DNA from: an uncultured Lachnospiraceae bacterium
GTDB lineage: Bacteria; Bacillota; Clostridia; Oscillospirales; CAG-272
Direction: 5' to 3'
NCBI GenBank assembly: GCA_964403505.1
Contig: CAYOFP010000008.1
Coordinates: 1,750 to 65,749 of the forward strand
DNA length: 64,000 bases
This document shows positions 28,018 to 38,126 of this stretch, one piece after another. Position 1 is the first letter of the stretch, and every line of letters starts with the position of its first letter. A program made the translations under genes and the position numbers. The notes under the pieces were generated by a model, which was not told the DNA's origin, searched no databases, and saw only the letters and a list, made by a program, of their open reading frames with translations.

Positions 28018-29547
28018 ATGAATACTTATGAACAATTCAAAGCATATATTGAGCGGCGCATATATCCGGACAAGCAAAAACAGTTTATTTCCGTGAACCG
28101 TCTGGATTTTATTTTTGCAGAGGTAAATTCCGCCGCGATCCGATTGTCAAAAATTCGTACCCGAATGATGGAAGATGTTTTAATTCGCATTACGGATCTG
28201 TTGCGCCCGGCGGATATCGAACCGATCCATTTTAAGGGGATAAGCCTTTCCCGGTTGCTATACGATCAGCCGGAGCGACGGGTATTCAGCGACATTGATT
28301 TTTACGTTGATTCTAAGGACTATTCAAAATCGCTGGATATTCTGATGAAAAGCGGATTTTCTGTACAGGAAGCATTTGACGGTCATCATATTACGTTAAA
28401 TTATCAGGGCGTCTCGGTTGAAATGCACACTGCATATTTTCATCCGGATGATGAGATCGCCTTTACAGTCCCGAACGGTAATTTACAGCAAATGGCTATT
28501 AACGGTCATAATTTAACTACGTTCGATCCGACGTATCAGTTTCTATTCTTGTTTCTGCATTATTTTACCCATGCGAGAAAGGGAGGGAAGTATGCGGATC
28601 ATATGCTGCTGATCGGGCGGTATCAGTCTGATCCTATCATTGAGCTGAGCCGGTTATACGATATTGCATTGCTCATCGAAAGGTACGGCAAAGAAATCGA
28701 TTGGCGGCATTGTGAGTCGGAGCTGTCTCCGTTTCGTGACTGCGCAGAATTTGCGTGTGTACTGTCGGAGTTTTCGGATATTTTTCCGGCGCTGCTTCCC
28801 GATGAATTCATTGAAAATCCATCCGTCGAAGAAAAATTCCCGATCTTTCATCGTTTCATATCCGAGCCGGAGCGATATTTCGATAATATCCTGGCGGATA
28901 TCACAGCGCATGACAGACCGTTTTATTCTTGCCCCGATGCCAAACCGGATGAATACCGTTTTCATGTGGATGAATATGATGCGCAAAAGCCGCACTCGTA
29001 TGTGATCGCCGGAATCGCACCGAAAAGCAGTGCCGATCTTTCCTTCCGATTCGATTTTTGGATTCGGGACGGGAGACTGTGGTTTGAGCTCGATGTCACA
29101 GACGATGTGCTGAATTATCTGACAGAAGGCGTCTTTCCCGAGGATAATGATGCCATCGGATACTGCGATTCCTTGACACTGTGTATTGCCTCGGCAGGCG
29201 AGAGATATACATTTCACAGTATTTACGCTTTCCTTACACAGAATGGCGAGAAAGAAAAGTATCTTTCTGTTTATGATATCGCCGATTCACCCGTTTCGCT
29301 GAGCGGCATTGCCGAGAGCGGACTGGCGCTTCACGCAAACGGCTATACGGCGAGAGTCGGTATTCCGTTAGAATATCTTAGTATAGATAAGAAGAATCCC
29401 TCTTTTTATTTCAATGTCATGGTGAGCGACAGCGACGATGAAAACGGATGCGACACCGTGCTCGCCCTCGACCCCCTGCCCACCGCCTGGAACGACTGCC
29501 GTACCTACCCGATCGGAAAAGCAGGGCGGCTAAAAGGATGCCGGTAA
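28018..29547 (+). CDS. nucleotidyltransferase (NTP_transf_5-like) fused to a C-terminal CBM9/DOMON-like domain
   Basis: HFKGISLSRLLY..RRVFSDIDFYV..VEMH; C-terminal LWFELDVTDD..DSLTLCI..GYTARVGIPL..FNVMVSDSD. Confidence 0.75.
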   Translation: MNTYEQFKAYIERRIYPDKQKQFISVNRLDFIFAEVNSAAIRLSKIRTRMMEDVLIRITDLLRPADIEPIHFKGISLSRLLYDQPERRVFSDIDFYVDSKDYSKSLDILMKSGFSVQEAFDGHHITLNYQGVSVEMHTAYFHPDDEIAFTVPNGNLQQMAINGHNLTTFDPTYQFLFLFLHYFTHARKGGKYADHMLLIGRYQSDPIIELSRLYDIALLIERYGKEIDWRHCESELSPFRDCAEFACVLSEFSDIFPALLPDEFIENPSVEEKFPIFHRFISEPERYFDNILADITAHDRPFYSCPDAKPDEYRFHVDEYDAQKPHSYVIAGIAPKSSADLSFRFDFWIRDGRLWFELDVTDDVLNYLTEGVFPEDNDAIGYCDSLTLCIASAGERYTFHSIYAFLTQNGEKEKYLSVYDIADSPVSLSGIAESGLALHANGYTARVGIPLEYLSIDKKNPSFYFNVMVSDSDDENGCDTVLALDPLPTAWNDCRTYPIGKAGRLKGCR

Positions 29548-29571
29548 GATCGTGTGAATTTAATGCAATAT

Positions 29572-30078
29572 TTATTTTGAATTGGCCTTTACCGTTCCCG
29601 TGGGTATGGCGAGCATATCGGATATCTCGGCAATTGAATACCCCTCGAAATAGTGCAGGGTAATTACCTTTCGTATCTTTTCCGATAAGGCGCTGACATT
29701 TTCGTGCAGAAGCTCGTTTTCGTCAGACGGCTCTGCCATTCCCTCGTAAAAAATGCCGCTCTCGTATTCCGCAGTAATTACCGTGTCGATATCCAGCCAT
29801 TCTTTATATCGCAACACCAGGTTCTTTGCACGGTTTTTTGCGATCCGAACGACCCATGCGCCGTATTTCGACGGGTCGTTCAGCTTACTTAGCGCAAGCC
29901 AGGCAGAGACAAATGCATCCTGTGCCGCATCCTCGGCAAGGGGATCTGAGCGGGTCACGGCGTGCGCCGCCGAAAGAACCGCTTTCTGCCAGCGCAAAAC
30001 AAGCGCTCCGTACGCTTTCTGATCGCCGAGCAGTGTCATATTTACGAGTGCTTCATCTTTTTCTTGAAGATATAACAT
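29572..30078 (-). CDS. ECF sigma-70 factor, apparently truncated in region 4
   Basis: AEDAAQDAFVSAW..WVVRIAKNRA; LHYFEGYSIAEIS..PTGTVK, then an abrupt stop. Confidence 0.75.
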   Translation of the reverse strand: MLYLQEKDEALVNMTLLGDQKAYGALVLRWQKAVLSAAHAVTRSDPLAEDAAQDAFVSAWLALSKLNDPSKYGAWVVRIAKNRAKNLVLRYKEWLDIDTVITAEYESGIFYEGMAEPSDENELLHENVSALSEKIRKVITLHYFEGYSIAEISDMLAIPTGTVKANSK

Positions 30079-30218
30079 AGTACCGTCCTAATGTGTTTTT
30101 TTGTAGCTACATATAATAGACAAATAAAAAAGGAAAAAGGTTGTATTTTTTTGAAAATATTTAAGCTGACGAAAGCCGAACACCGTCGGTTTCCGTCAGC
30201 TTAAATGATTTTTTGCCG

Positions 30219-30548
30219 TTATTTTTTCGGAGTGGTTTTCTTTTGCTTTGGTGCGGGGAGTTCCTCATACATGGCAAGAAACAGCTTACAAAGAAACTCT
30301 TTATTATCTATATCGTCGATTAAGAGCATTTCTTTTGCACCCTCATAGGGTAATTCGTAAGCCGCTTCCGGCATGAGGGCGATCGCAGACGGAACAGGCT
30401 TTACAAGCAAGCGGTTATCATAGATACCGCCGACGATTTTCCCTTGAAAATAGATGATATATTCACCCATCATCGCACGATGGGAGATACCGTCTAAGTC
30501 TGAGAGCTGATCTAATACAAACTCTAAATAATCTTTACTTGAAGCCAT
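30219..30548 (-). CDS. TfoX/Sxy N-terminal domain protein
   Basis: MASSKDYLEFVLDQL..RAMMGEYIIY..GGIYDNRLLVK..PYEGAK. Confidence 0.8.
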   Translation of the reverse strand: MASSKDYLEFVLDQLSDLDGISHRAMMGEYIIYFQGKIVGGIYDNRLLVKPVPSAIALMPEAAYELPYEGAKEMLLIDDIDNKEFLCKLFLAMYEELPAPKQKKTTPKK

Positions 30549-30550
30549 AA

Positions 30551-31294
30551 TTATAACACTTTCGCAAGGAAATCTTTCAGTCTGTCGCTTTTGGGATTTG
30601 AGAATATCTCATCCGGTGTGCCTTCTTCGATGATAACTCCGCCGTCCATGAATATGACTCTGTCGCCGACTTCACGGGCAAATCCCATTTCGTGTGTTAC
30701 CACTACCATCGTCATACCCTCGTTTGCGAGCTCCTTCATAACATCGAGTACCTCGCCGACCATTTCGGGGTCGAGGGCTGATGTCGGCTCGTCAAAAAGC
30801 ATGACCTCAGGATCCATGCAGAGGGAACGCACGATTGCGATACGCTGCTTCTGACCGCCTGAGAGCTGGTTCGGATATGCCTCGGCTCTGTCGGAAAGTC
30901 CGACACGCCCGAGCAGCTTCATTGCCTTTTCGTTAGCTTCGGCTTTTGATTTTTTCAGCAGCTTTATCGGTGCGATCGTCATGTTACCGAGGATGGTCAT
31001 ATTCGGAAACAGATTAAAGTGCTGAAATACCATTCCCATTTTTCTGCGGTGCATATTAATATCGACGTGTTTTCCGGTTATGTTCACGCCGTCAAATATA
31101 ATGCTGCCCTCGGTGGGTATTTCGAGCAGGTTGAGCGAGCGCAGAAGCGTCGATTTTCCGCTGCCGGAAGGGCCGATCACGACGACGACCTCTCCTTTTT
31201 TGATCGAGGTAGAGACCCCGTCGAGCGCCTTTATCTTGCCGTGATTATAGTGCTTTTTCAGGTTTTTTACATCAATCAGGATATTATCGTTCAT
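30551..31294 (-). CDS. glnQ: polar amino acid ABC transporter ATP-binding protein
   Basis: [37 protein letters not shown]. Confidence 0.9.
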   Translation of the reverse strand: MNDNILIDVKNLKKHYNHGKIKALDGVSTSIKKGEVVVVIGPSGSGKSTLLRSLNLLEIPTEGSIIFDGVNITGKHVDINMHRRKMGMVFQHFNLFPNMTILGNMTIAPIKLLKKSKAEANEKAMKLLGRVGLSDRAEAYPNQLSGGQKQRIAIVRSLCMDPEVMLFDEPTSALDPEMVGEVLDVMKELANEGMTMVVVTHEMGFAREVGDRVIFMDGGVIIEEGTPDEIFSNPKSDRLKDFLAKVL

Positions 31295-32006
31295 TTTTGC
31301 GCAACTTCCTTTCCAGAATACCTACGAGCTTAGTGAGTATGATTACTATTATCAGGTAGACGGCTGCAACTGCGAGAAGCGGCATATAAGCCGAGAATGT
31401 ACGTCCTCTGATCAGGTCTCCTGCTTTTGTCAGATCCATGATTCCGACATAACCTGCGACGGAGGTCTCCTTGATCAGGGCGATGAACTCATTGCACAGG
31501 GTAGGGAGCACCACCTTGAACATCTGCGGTATGACGATATATATCATCGTTTGAATGTAATTGAAGCCGAGCGAGCGTCCTGCCTCGAACTGACCGTTGT
31601 CGATCGACATGATGCCACTCCGGAATATCTCAGCGACATATGCGCCCGAGTTGATACCGAACGCAAGAACAGCACAAAGGATGCTGTTTTTTGACGACGC
31701 CATGATGATAAAATACATGATCAGAAGCTGTACTACGATCGGCGTGCCGCGTATGATCGTCAGATATAATTTAGATAAAGCATTGAAAAATGCGAGTATG
31801 TAATATCCGGGGCCGCCGTGGAGCTTCATGGTCTCGCCGTTTTTGTCGTAAGTAGAGCGTATACTGGCTATCAAAACGCCGATGGCAACGCCGAGGATAA
31901 GGGCAAAAAGGGTGATGAGCAGCGTGTTTTTTAAACCCGTAACAAGCAGCTTCCACCGATCGCCGTTTATAAAATTCAGAATAAATTGTTTTTTTAACTG
32001 TTCCAC
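31284..32006 (-). CDS. glnP: polar amino acid ABC transporter permease
   Basis: [42 protein letters not shown]. Confidence 0.88.
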   Translation of the reverse strand: MEQLKKQFILNFINGDRWKLLVTGLKNTLLITLFALILGVAIGVLIASIRSTYDKNGETMKLHGGPGYYILAFFNALSKLYLTIIRGTPIVVQLLIMYFIIMASSKNSILCAVLAFGINSGAYVAEIFRSGIMSIDNGQFEAGRSLGFNYIQTMIYIVIPQMFKVVLPTLCNEFIALIKETSVAGYVGIMDLTKAGDLIRGRTFSAYMPLLAVAAVYLIIVIILTKLVGILERKLRKNER

Positions 32007-32057
32007 AGTTTTCTCCTAAATACAAAAGGGCGGCAAGCCGCCCTTTTATTGATTGCT

Positions 32058-32120
32058 AAGGTAATACCGTGCAATTCTGACGGTGTAAGTGCGCTGTCAT
32101 GAATTGTGCGGTGTTGCCTT
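32058..32120. repeat. short, internally deleted copy of the palindromic element at 33112-33287
   Basis: aaggtaataccgtgcaattctgacggtgtaagtgcgctgtc..gaattgtgcggtgttgcctt resembles both ends of the nagB-leader element. Confidence 0.65.
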
Positions 32121-32122
32121 AA

Positions 32123-32932
32123 TTATTCAGCGGGTATGTATTTGTCGACGATCTTTTGAACCTTGCCTTCTTCTGTGAGTTCCTTGAGCGCCTTGTTTAT
32201 CTTCTCGAGAAGGTCGGTCTTTTCCTTTGCTACGCAGATCGCATAGTCTTCGTCTGCGTATGCGCCGTCGAGGATCTTGAGTCCTTCTGTTGAGGCAATA
32301 TAGGATTTTGCAGGCTCGTTGTCGATGATGACAGCGGTTACTTTACCGGCAGCGAGAGCGAGAACAGCCTCGTTACCTGTCTTGTAACGGATAACGTTTT
32401 CTTCTCCGAAGCCCCAATTCTCAGGTGTGTCGGAAGAGTAGATATCACCCGTTGTGTCCTGCTGAACGCCGATAGTGATGCCCTCTTTTGTTCCTGCGGG
32501 ATTGCCTTCATCGTCAAAACCGGTGTAGAAGTCCTCAAAAGACTCATATTCGCTGTCAGCCTTAACGATAACAGACTGAATACCTTTTGCGTATGTATCG
32601 GTGAAGTTTACGCTTTCCTTGCGTTCGTCTGTTACGGTCATGCCTGCCATGCCCATATCGAATTTACCGGACTGAACGCCTGCAACGATAGAGCCGAATT
32701 CTACATCCTCGATCACGAGCTCCATGCCGAGCTTTTCTGCGATCGCAGCGGCGATTTCCGCATCGATACCGACGATCTTATCGCCGTCTACGTATTCATA
32801 AGGCGGGAAAGCGGCGTTGGTAGCCATAACGAGCTTGGCTGTCTCTTTTTCTTTCTCCCCGCAAGAGGTGAGAGCGCAAGCACAGAGCATTACCATAGCG
32901 ACTGCCATAATAAGTGCAATTATTTTCTTCAT
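32123..32932 (-). CDS. amino acid ABC transporter substrate-binding lipoprotein (SBP_bac_3)
   Basis: Lipobox LTSC; ATNAAFPPYE..GIDAEIA..VNFTDTY. Confidence 0.9.
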   Translation of the reverse strand: MKKIIALIMAVAMVMLCACALTSCGEKEKETAKLVMATNAAFPPYEYVDGDKIVGIDAEIAAAIAEKLGMELVIEDVEFGSIVAGVQSGKFDMGMAGMTVTDERKESVNFTDTYAKGIQSVIVKADSEYESFEDFYTGFDDEGNPAGTKEGITIGVQQDTTGDIYSSDTPENWGFGEENVIRYKTGNEAVLALAAGKVTAVIIDNEPAKSYIASTEGLKILDGAYADEDYAICVAKEKTDLLEKINKALKELTEEGKVQKIVDKYIPAE

Positions 32933-33111
32933 TGGTTGTTTCCTCCAAAATATTAATTATAGAAAGATTTTATCATAAATTTCCGTTTTTTGCAACCCTT
33001 TATGCATAAAAGCACAACAAAAAATTAATATTATGCAATACTCGGAATTATAACTCAGATTATATTTTTTAGCTATTTACTTTTTTGCGATATAGTGCTA
33101 TAATTTGGATA

Positions 33112-33287
33112 AAGGCAACACCGCATAATTCTCGGCTGTCGCCTTGACGATACACTTGCTTGCATTTTTTTCGTCATACTTCACAAATTTCGTCGGCAGA
33201 GGCTCTACTCTCGCCTCCTCAATTTGTTTTGTCTGACGAAAAAACTGACGGCGCAATTGTACCGTCAGAATTATGCGGTGTTGCCTT
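33112..33287. mobile_element. 176-bp MITE-like element with perfect 21-bp terminal inverted repeats, in the nagB leader
   Basis: aaggcaacaccgcataattct (33112-33132) and agaattatgcggtgttgcctt (33267-33287); internal hairpins. Confidence 0.7.
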
Positions 33288-33316
33288 AAGAAAACTTTTT
33301 TCATAGGAGAAAAATT

Positions 33317-34039
33317 ATGAGAGTTATAGTATGTAAGAATTATGACGAAATGTCGAAGGAAGCGGCTAAGATATTTGCTTCTCAGGTCTACATGAAGCCG
33401 GATTCGGTTCTGGGTCTGGCAACAGGCTCTACCCCCGTCGGAATGTACAAGATCCTTGCCGATATGAATCAGAAGGGTGAGATATCCTTTAAGGATTGTA
33501 AGTCCTTCAATCTTGACGAGTATTATCCGCTCGAGCCGACGAACGATCAGAGCTACAGATATTTTATGAATACAAATCTTTTCGATCATATCGATATTGA
33601 TAAAGAGCAGACGCACGTTCCGGACGGCACGGCAAAAGACCCCGACGCTATGTGCAAAGCATATGATGCAGCGATCGATGCGGCAGGCGGCGTCGACATA
33701 CAGGTGCTCGGTATCGGACAGAACGGCCACATCGCATTCAACGAGCCTGAGGAGAAGTTGTACTGCGGAACACACCTTACCTCTCTTACAGAGAGCACGA
33801 TAAACGCAAATGCAAGATTTTTCGAGAAGAAAGAGGACGTTCCCACTCATGCAGTAACAATGGGTATGGCGTCTATCATGAAGGCAAAGACGATCATCCT
33901 CCTTGCAAACGGCAAAGCAAAGCATCAGGCAATAACAGAGCTGCTTGACGACAGAATTACGACATCGAATCCGTCGACGCTTCTTAAGGTACATCCCAAT
34001 ACGATCATCATCTGCGACGAGGAAGCATACAACGGCTGA
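33317..34039 (+). CDS. nagB: glucosamine-6-phosphate deaminase
   Basis: LGLATGSTP, FNLDEY, LGIGQNGHIAFNEP, ANARFF. Confidence 0.95.
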   Translation: MRVIVCKNYDEMSKEAAKIFASQVYMKPDSVLGLATGSTPVGMYKILADMNQKGEISFKDCKSFNLDEYYPLEPTNDQSYRYFMNTNLFDHIDIDKEQTHVPDGTAKDPDAMCKAYDAAIDAAGGVDIQVLGIGQNGHIAFNEPEEKLYCGTHLTSLTESTINANARFFEKKEDVPTHAVTMGMASIMKAKTIILLANGKAKHQAITELLDDRITTSNPSTLLKVHPNTIIICDEEAYNG

Positions 34040-34108
34040 TAATGAAACTATGCGGCAGTTTTTCACTGCCGCATTTTTTATCAGAGAACAACATATGAAA
34101 GGAATGTC

Positions 34109-34813
34109 ATGATGTTTCACGGTAAGAAGAAAGCAATTACATTCAGTTACGACGACGGGGTCCTGCAGGACGAGCGCCTGATCGCACTGTTTGATAAATA
34201 CGGCGTCAAAGGCACATTTAATCTGAATTCGGGCAATTTCGGGCAGAAGAATGTGCTTACACAGGAGGGGATCACGTTCGATCAGATGCGTTTTGCCGAA
34301 TCTGAGATCGCACGCATCTATCGCGGACATGAGATCGCAGCGCATACACGTACCCACCGTCCGCTTGTCGGACGCACGGAGGAGGAGATCATCGATCAGG
34401 TCGAGTCAGATCGGCTGAGGTTATCCGAGATCGCAGGATATGAGGTAGTCGGATTTGCCTATCCCGGTCCCGGAAAGGAGTGCGACTCCCGTGTTGCGGA
34501 CATTCTGCGTGCGCATACGGGCGTGCGTTATTGCCGGACGGCAAACAGCAACGGCGCCTTTGACCTGCAGGATAATTTGTATGAATTCTGCCCGACGGTA
34601 TATGAGCACGGCGATTTTGAACATATGGTCGAGCTCGGAAAACGTTTTGTTGAGCTCGAGGCAGACCGTCCGCAGATATTCTATATCTGGGGGCATTCGT
34701 ATGAGTTTGATCTGCACGATACATGGGATGACTTCGAGCGGTTTTTGCAGATGATCTCCCATAGGGACGATATCTTTTACGGTACAAACAGGGAAGTGCT
34801 GCTCGGAATGTAA
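34109..34813 (+). CDS. polysaccharide deacetylase (CE4-like)
   Basis: TFSYDDG, GHEIAAHTRTH, FYIWGHSYEF. Confidence 0.85.
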   Translation: MMFHGKKKAITFSYDDGVLQDERLIALFDKYGVKGTFNLNSGNFGQKNVLTQEGITFDQMRFAESEIARIYRGHEIAAHTRTHRPLVGRTEEEIIDQVESDRLRLSEIAGYEVVGFAYPGPGKECDSRVADILRAHTGVRYCRTANSNGAFDLQDNLYEFCPTVYEHGDFEHMVELGKRFVELEADRPQIFYIWGHSYEFDLHDTWDDFERFLQMISHRDDIFYGTNREVLLGM

Positions 34814-34860
34814 AAAAAGGCGCTGTAAAAAACTTTCGTTTTTTTTACAGCGCCTTTATT

Positions 34861-36123
34861 TTATCTCTCAACCCCGTATTTTGCACATTTGGATAGCTCG
34901 TTTTCTATCTCGAGCAGTCTGTTGTATTTTGCGACACGCTCACTGCGGCAGGGCGCTCCTGTTTTTATCTGCGTGCAGTTGAGACCCACGGCGATATCGG
35001 CGATCGTCGTGTCCTCCGTCTCGCCCGAGCGGTGGCTCATAACAGCATTGTATCCGCTTTTTTTGGCGAGCATGACAGCCTCGATCGTTTCGGTGAGCGA
35101 GCCGATCTGGTTCGGCTTTATCAGGATCGCATTTGCCGCATGCTCTGATATGCCTTTTGAGAGACGCTCGGTATTTGTCACGAACAGATCGTCTCCCACG
35201 ATCTGCGTGGTGTGCATATCCTTTGTTATTTTTGCGAATCCTTCAAAGTCAAGCTCGGAGATCGGGTCTTCTATCGAAATAATAGGATATTTCGACTTAA
35301 GCGAGATAAAATAATCGCTCAGCTCCTCTCTCGTGACGCTCAGCTTTCGTTTTGGAAGAGTGTAAATGCCTTTTTGCTCGTCATACCATTCGGAGGCAGC
35401 GGCATCGATTGCGATGAATACGTCGTTTCCCGGCTCGTAATCGGAGAATTCAATGGCACGCACGATATAATCGAGCGCCATGCTGTCCGATTCAAAATTC
35501 GGCGCAAATCCGCCCTCGTCGCCGACCGTCGTTGAGAAATCATCTTCCTTGAGTATTTTTGCGAGGGAGTGATATATTTCCGTGCACATCTTCATGGCTT
35601 CCGCAAAGCTCTTTGCACCGTACGGCATGATCATGAATTCCTGAATATCTACGGTGTTTGAGGCGTGTGCGCCGCCGTTTAAGATATTCATCATGGGGAC
35701 GGGAAGGGTGCGTGCGCAGATTCCGCCGATATGGCGGTATAGCGGTATGTGCAGGCTTTTTGCCGCCGCTTTGGCACAGGCAAGCGATACCGAAAGGATC
35801 GCATTTGCGCCGAGATTTGATTTGTTCGGGCTTCCGTCTGCTTTGATCATGGCTTTGTCGATCTCGCATTGGTTTTCTGCTTCGAGTCCCGTGATGGCTT
35901 CGCATATCACGGTGTTGACATTTTCCACTGCGCCCTTGACGCCTTTGCCGTAGTAGTCGCGGCCGCCGTCACGCAGTTCATACGCCTCAAATTTTCCCGT
36001 TGAAGCGCCCGACGGGACGCTCGCGCTTGCCTTGACTCCATTTTCTAATTCGACGGTCGATTTTACAGTCGGATTTGCTCTCGAATCGAAAACCTGTATC
36101 GCTTTGACGCTTTTTATTTTCAT
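34861..36123 (-). CDS. eno: enolase
   Basis: VPSGASTG, VGDEGGFAP, VGDDLFVTN, ILIKPNQIG, SHRSGETED. Confidence 0.96.
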   Translation of the reverse strand: MKIKSVKAIQVFDSRANPTVKSTVELENGVKASASVPSGASTGKFEAYELRDGGRDYYGKGVKGAVENVNTVICEAITGLEAENQCEIDKAMIKADGSPNKSNLGANAILSVSLACAKAAAKSLHIPLYRHIGGICARTLPVPMMNILNGGAHASNTVDIQEFMIMPYGAKSFAEAMKMCTEIYHSLAKILKEDDFSTTVGDEGGFAPNFESDSMALDYIVRAIEFSDYEPGNDVFIAIDAAASEWYDEQKGIYTLPKRKLSVTREELSDYFISLKSKYPIISIEDPISELDFEGFAKITKDMHTTQIVGDDLFVTNTERLSKGISEHAANAILIKPNQIGSLTETIEAVMLAKKSGYNAVMSHRSGETEDTTIADIAVGLNCTQIKTGAPCRSERVAKYNRLLEIENELSKCAKYGVER

Positions 36124-36236
36124 ATTATTCCTCCGTTTGATGTATTCAAAGTGATTTTTGACAAGCGAGGAGAAAAATATGCAAAAGGACGAAAACCGTT
36201 TGGTTTTCGTCCTTTTGCTATTCCGGATGAACCGGA

Positions 36237-36476
36237 TCAGTCTTCAATTTCGACAGTCACGTGTTTGCCATAGAGATTTGCGGCACTTTTCATGACCATG
36301 CGTATGGATTTTGCGATCTTGCCGTGCTTTCCGATAACTTTACCGATATCGTTTTCAGCAACCGAAAGGGTCAGGACGATGTTATTACCGTCCTCGTCTC
36401 CGGTCACCATTACGGAGTCAGGATCGTCAACGATGGATTTCGCCATGTCAGTAAGGATTTTTTTGAGTTCCGCCAT
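36237..36476 (-). CDS. khpA: KH-domain RNA-binding protein
   Basis: DIGKVIGKHGKIAKSIR; located downstream of rpsP. Confidence 0.9.
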   Translation of the reverse strand: MAELKKILTDMAKSIVDDPDSVMVTGDEDGNNIVLTLSVAENDIGKVIGKHGKIAKSIRMVMKSAANLYGKHVTVEIED

Positions 36477-36490
36477 ACCTTATACCGCCA

Positions 36491-36736
36491 TTAGTCGATA
36501 ACGCCGCTTTTTTTGAGCAGAGCTTTTACCGTATCTGTGGGCTGTGCGCCGTTGGATATCCACTTTTTAGCGGCCTCTGCGTCGATCTTGACCTCTTCCG
36601 GCTTGCTTACGGGGTTGAAGTATCCGATCTCTTCGATGAATCTGCCGTCACGGGGATATCTCGAATCTGCTACGACAACTCTGTAGAAAGGAGCTTTTTT
36701 TGCACCCATTCTCTTAAGTCTGATTTTTACTGCCAT
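36491..36736 (-). CDS. rpsP: 30S ribosomal protein S16
   Basis: [26 protein letters not shown]; AGGAGG RBS 8 nt upstream. Confidence 0.97.
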   Translation of the reverse strand: MAVKIRLKRMGAKKAPFYRVVVADSRYPRDGRFIEEIGYFNPVSKPEEVKIDAEAAKKWISNGAQPTDTVKALLKKSGVID

Positions 36737-36776
36737 TTGCATGTCCTCCTATGTTAATATATATTATTTCATTTAT

Positions 36777-38117
36777 TTAGAAAGGCAGTTTGAATTTGCC
36801 TTTTCTTCCTAATATTTTCTGTAATTTGCCGCTTGATAACTGCTTCATCATTTTTTTCATCTGATCGTATTGCTTGAGCAGCTTGTTGACATCCTCGACT
36901 TTCGTGCCGCTGCCTGCGGCGATGCGCTTGCGGCGGGAAGCGTTGATAATGTCCGGCTTGTCTCGTTCGGCCTTAGTCATAGAGAGTATGATCGCCTCCA
37001 TATGGTCGAGCGCCTTTTCATCTATTTGAATATCTTTGAGCGCATTTGCGTTGACGCCGGGCATCATGCCGAGTATCTGCTCCATTGACCCCATATTTCG
37101 TACCTGCTTCATCTGTTCAAGGTAGTCATCGAGGGTAAAGGCATTCTCCCGCATTTTCTTTTCGAGCTCGAGCGCCTTTTTTTCATCGTATGCGCTCTCG
37201 GCTTTTTCAATGAGGGAGAGCATATCGCCCATGCCGAGGATGCGGGATGCCATTCTGTCGGGGTAGAAGGGCTCGAGCGCATCGAATTTTTCGCCCGTGC
37301 CGACGTATTTGATGGGTTTGCCTGTTACGTGACGCACGGAAAGTGCCGCACCGCCTCTCGTATCGCCGTCCATTTTTGTGAGGATGACACCGGTAATATC
37401 GAGCATAGAGTTGAAGGTATCCGCTACATTCACGGCGTCCTGACCTGTCATTGCATCGACGACGAGAAGTATTTCATTCGGCTGTACCGAGCTTTTTATG
37501 CTAACTAACTCCGCCATCATCTCTTCGTCCACATGCAGTCGGCCTGCGGTATCGATGATGACCATGTCAAGTCCGGATTTCTTTGCGTGCTCGATTGCCG
37601 CACGTGAGATATCGACGGGCTTTATTTTATCGCCCATGGTAAAGACGGGCACATCCACCTGTCCGCCTACGATCTCGAGCTGTTTTATTGCGGCGGGACG
37701 ATAAACGTCGCACGCTACGAGCAGGGGACGCTTGCCCTCTTTTTTGAAGTGGGCGGCGAGCTTTGCACAGTGGGTGGTCTTACCTGCACCCTGGAGGCCC
37801 ACCATCATAATGACAGTCGGCGGCGCAGACGCTATCTCGATTTTCGATACGCTTCCGCCCATGAGGGAGGTCAGCTCCTCGTTTACGATCTTGATGACCT
37901 GCTGGGCAGGCATCAGGCTCTCGAGCACATCGCTTCCGACCGCACGCTCTGTGACCCTGCCGATAAAGTCCTTTACGACTTTAAAGTTGACGTCGGCTTC
38001 GAGCAGAGCGAGCTTGACGGCACGCATGCCCTCCTTGACGTCTGCCTCGGTGAGCTTACCTTTATTTCTGAATTTTTTAAATGCCTCGCTCAGCTTATCC
38101 TGCAGGTTTGAAAACAC
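36777..38117 (-). CDS. ffh: signal recognition particle protein
   Basis: GLQGAGKTT, DTAGRL, TKMDGDTRGGAALS, Met-rich M domain. Confidence 0.97.
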   Translation of the reverse strand: MFSNLQDKLSEAFKKFRNKGKLTEADVKEGMRAVKLALLEADVNFKVVKDFIGRVTERAVGSDVLESLMPAQQVIKIVNEELTSLMGGSVSKIEIASAPPTVIMMVGLQGAGKTTHCAKLAAHFKKEGKRPLLVACDVYRPAAIKQLEIVGGQVDVPVFTMGDKIKPVDISRAAIEHAKKSGLDMVIIDTAGRLHVDEEMMAELVSIKSSVQPNEILLVVDAMTGQDAVNVADTFNSMLDITGVILTKMDGDTRGGAALSVRHVTGKPIKYVGTGEKFDALEPFYPDRMASRILGMGDMLSLIEKAESAYDEKKALELEKKMRENAFTLDDYLEQMKQVRNMGSMEQILGMMPGVNANALKDIQIDEKALDHMEAIILSMTKAERDKPDIINASRRKRIAAGSGTKVEDVNKLLKQYDQMKKMMKQLSSGKLQKILGRKGKFKLPF

Positions 38118-38126
38118 TGTTTACTC

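Noticed and set aside
33098-34357. 419-aa minus-strand ORF
   Set aside because: Antisense shadow of nagB and the deacetylase, with no recognisable motifs.
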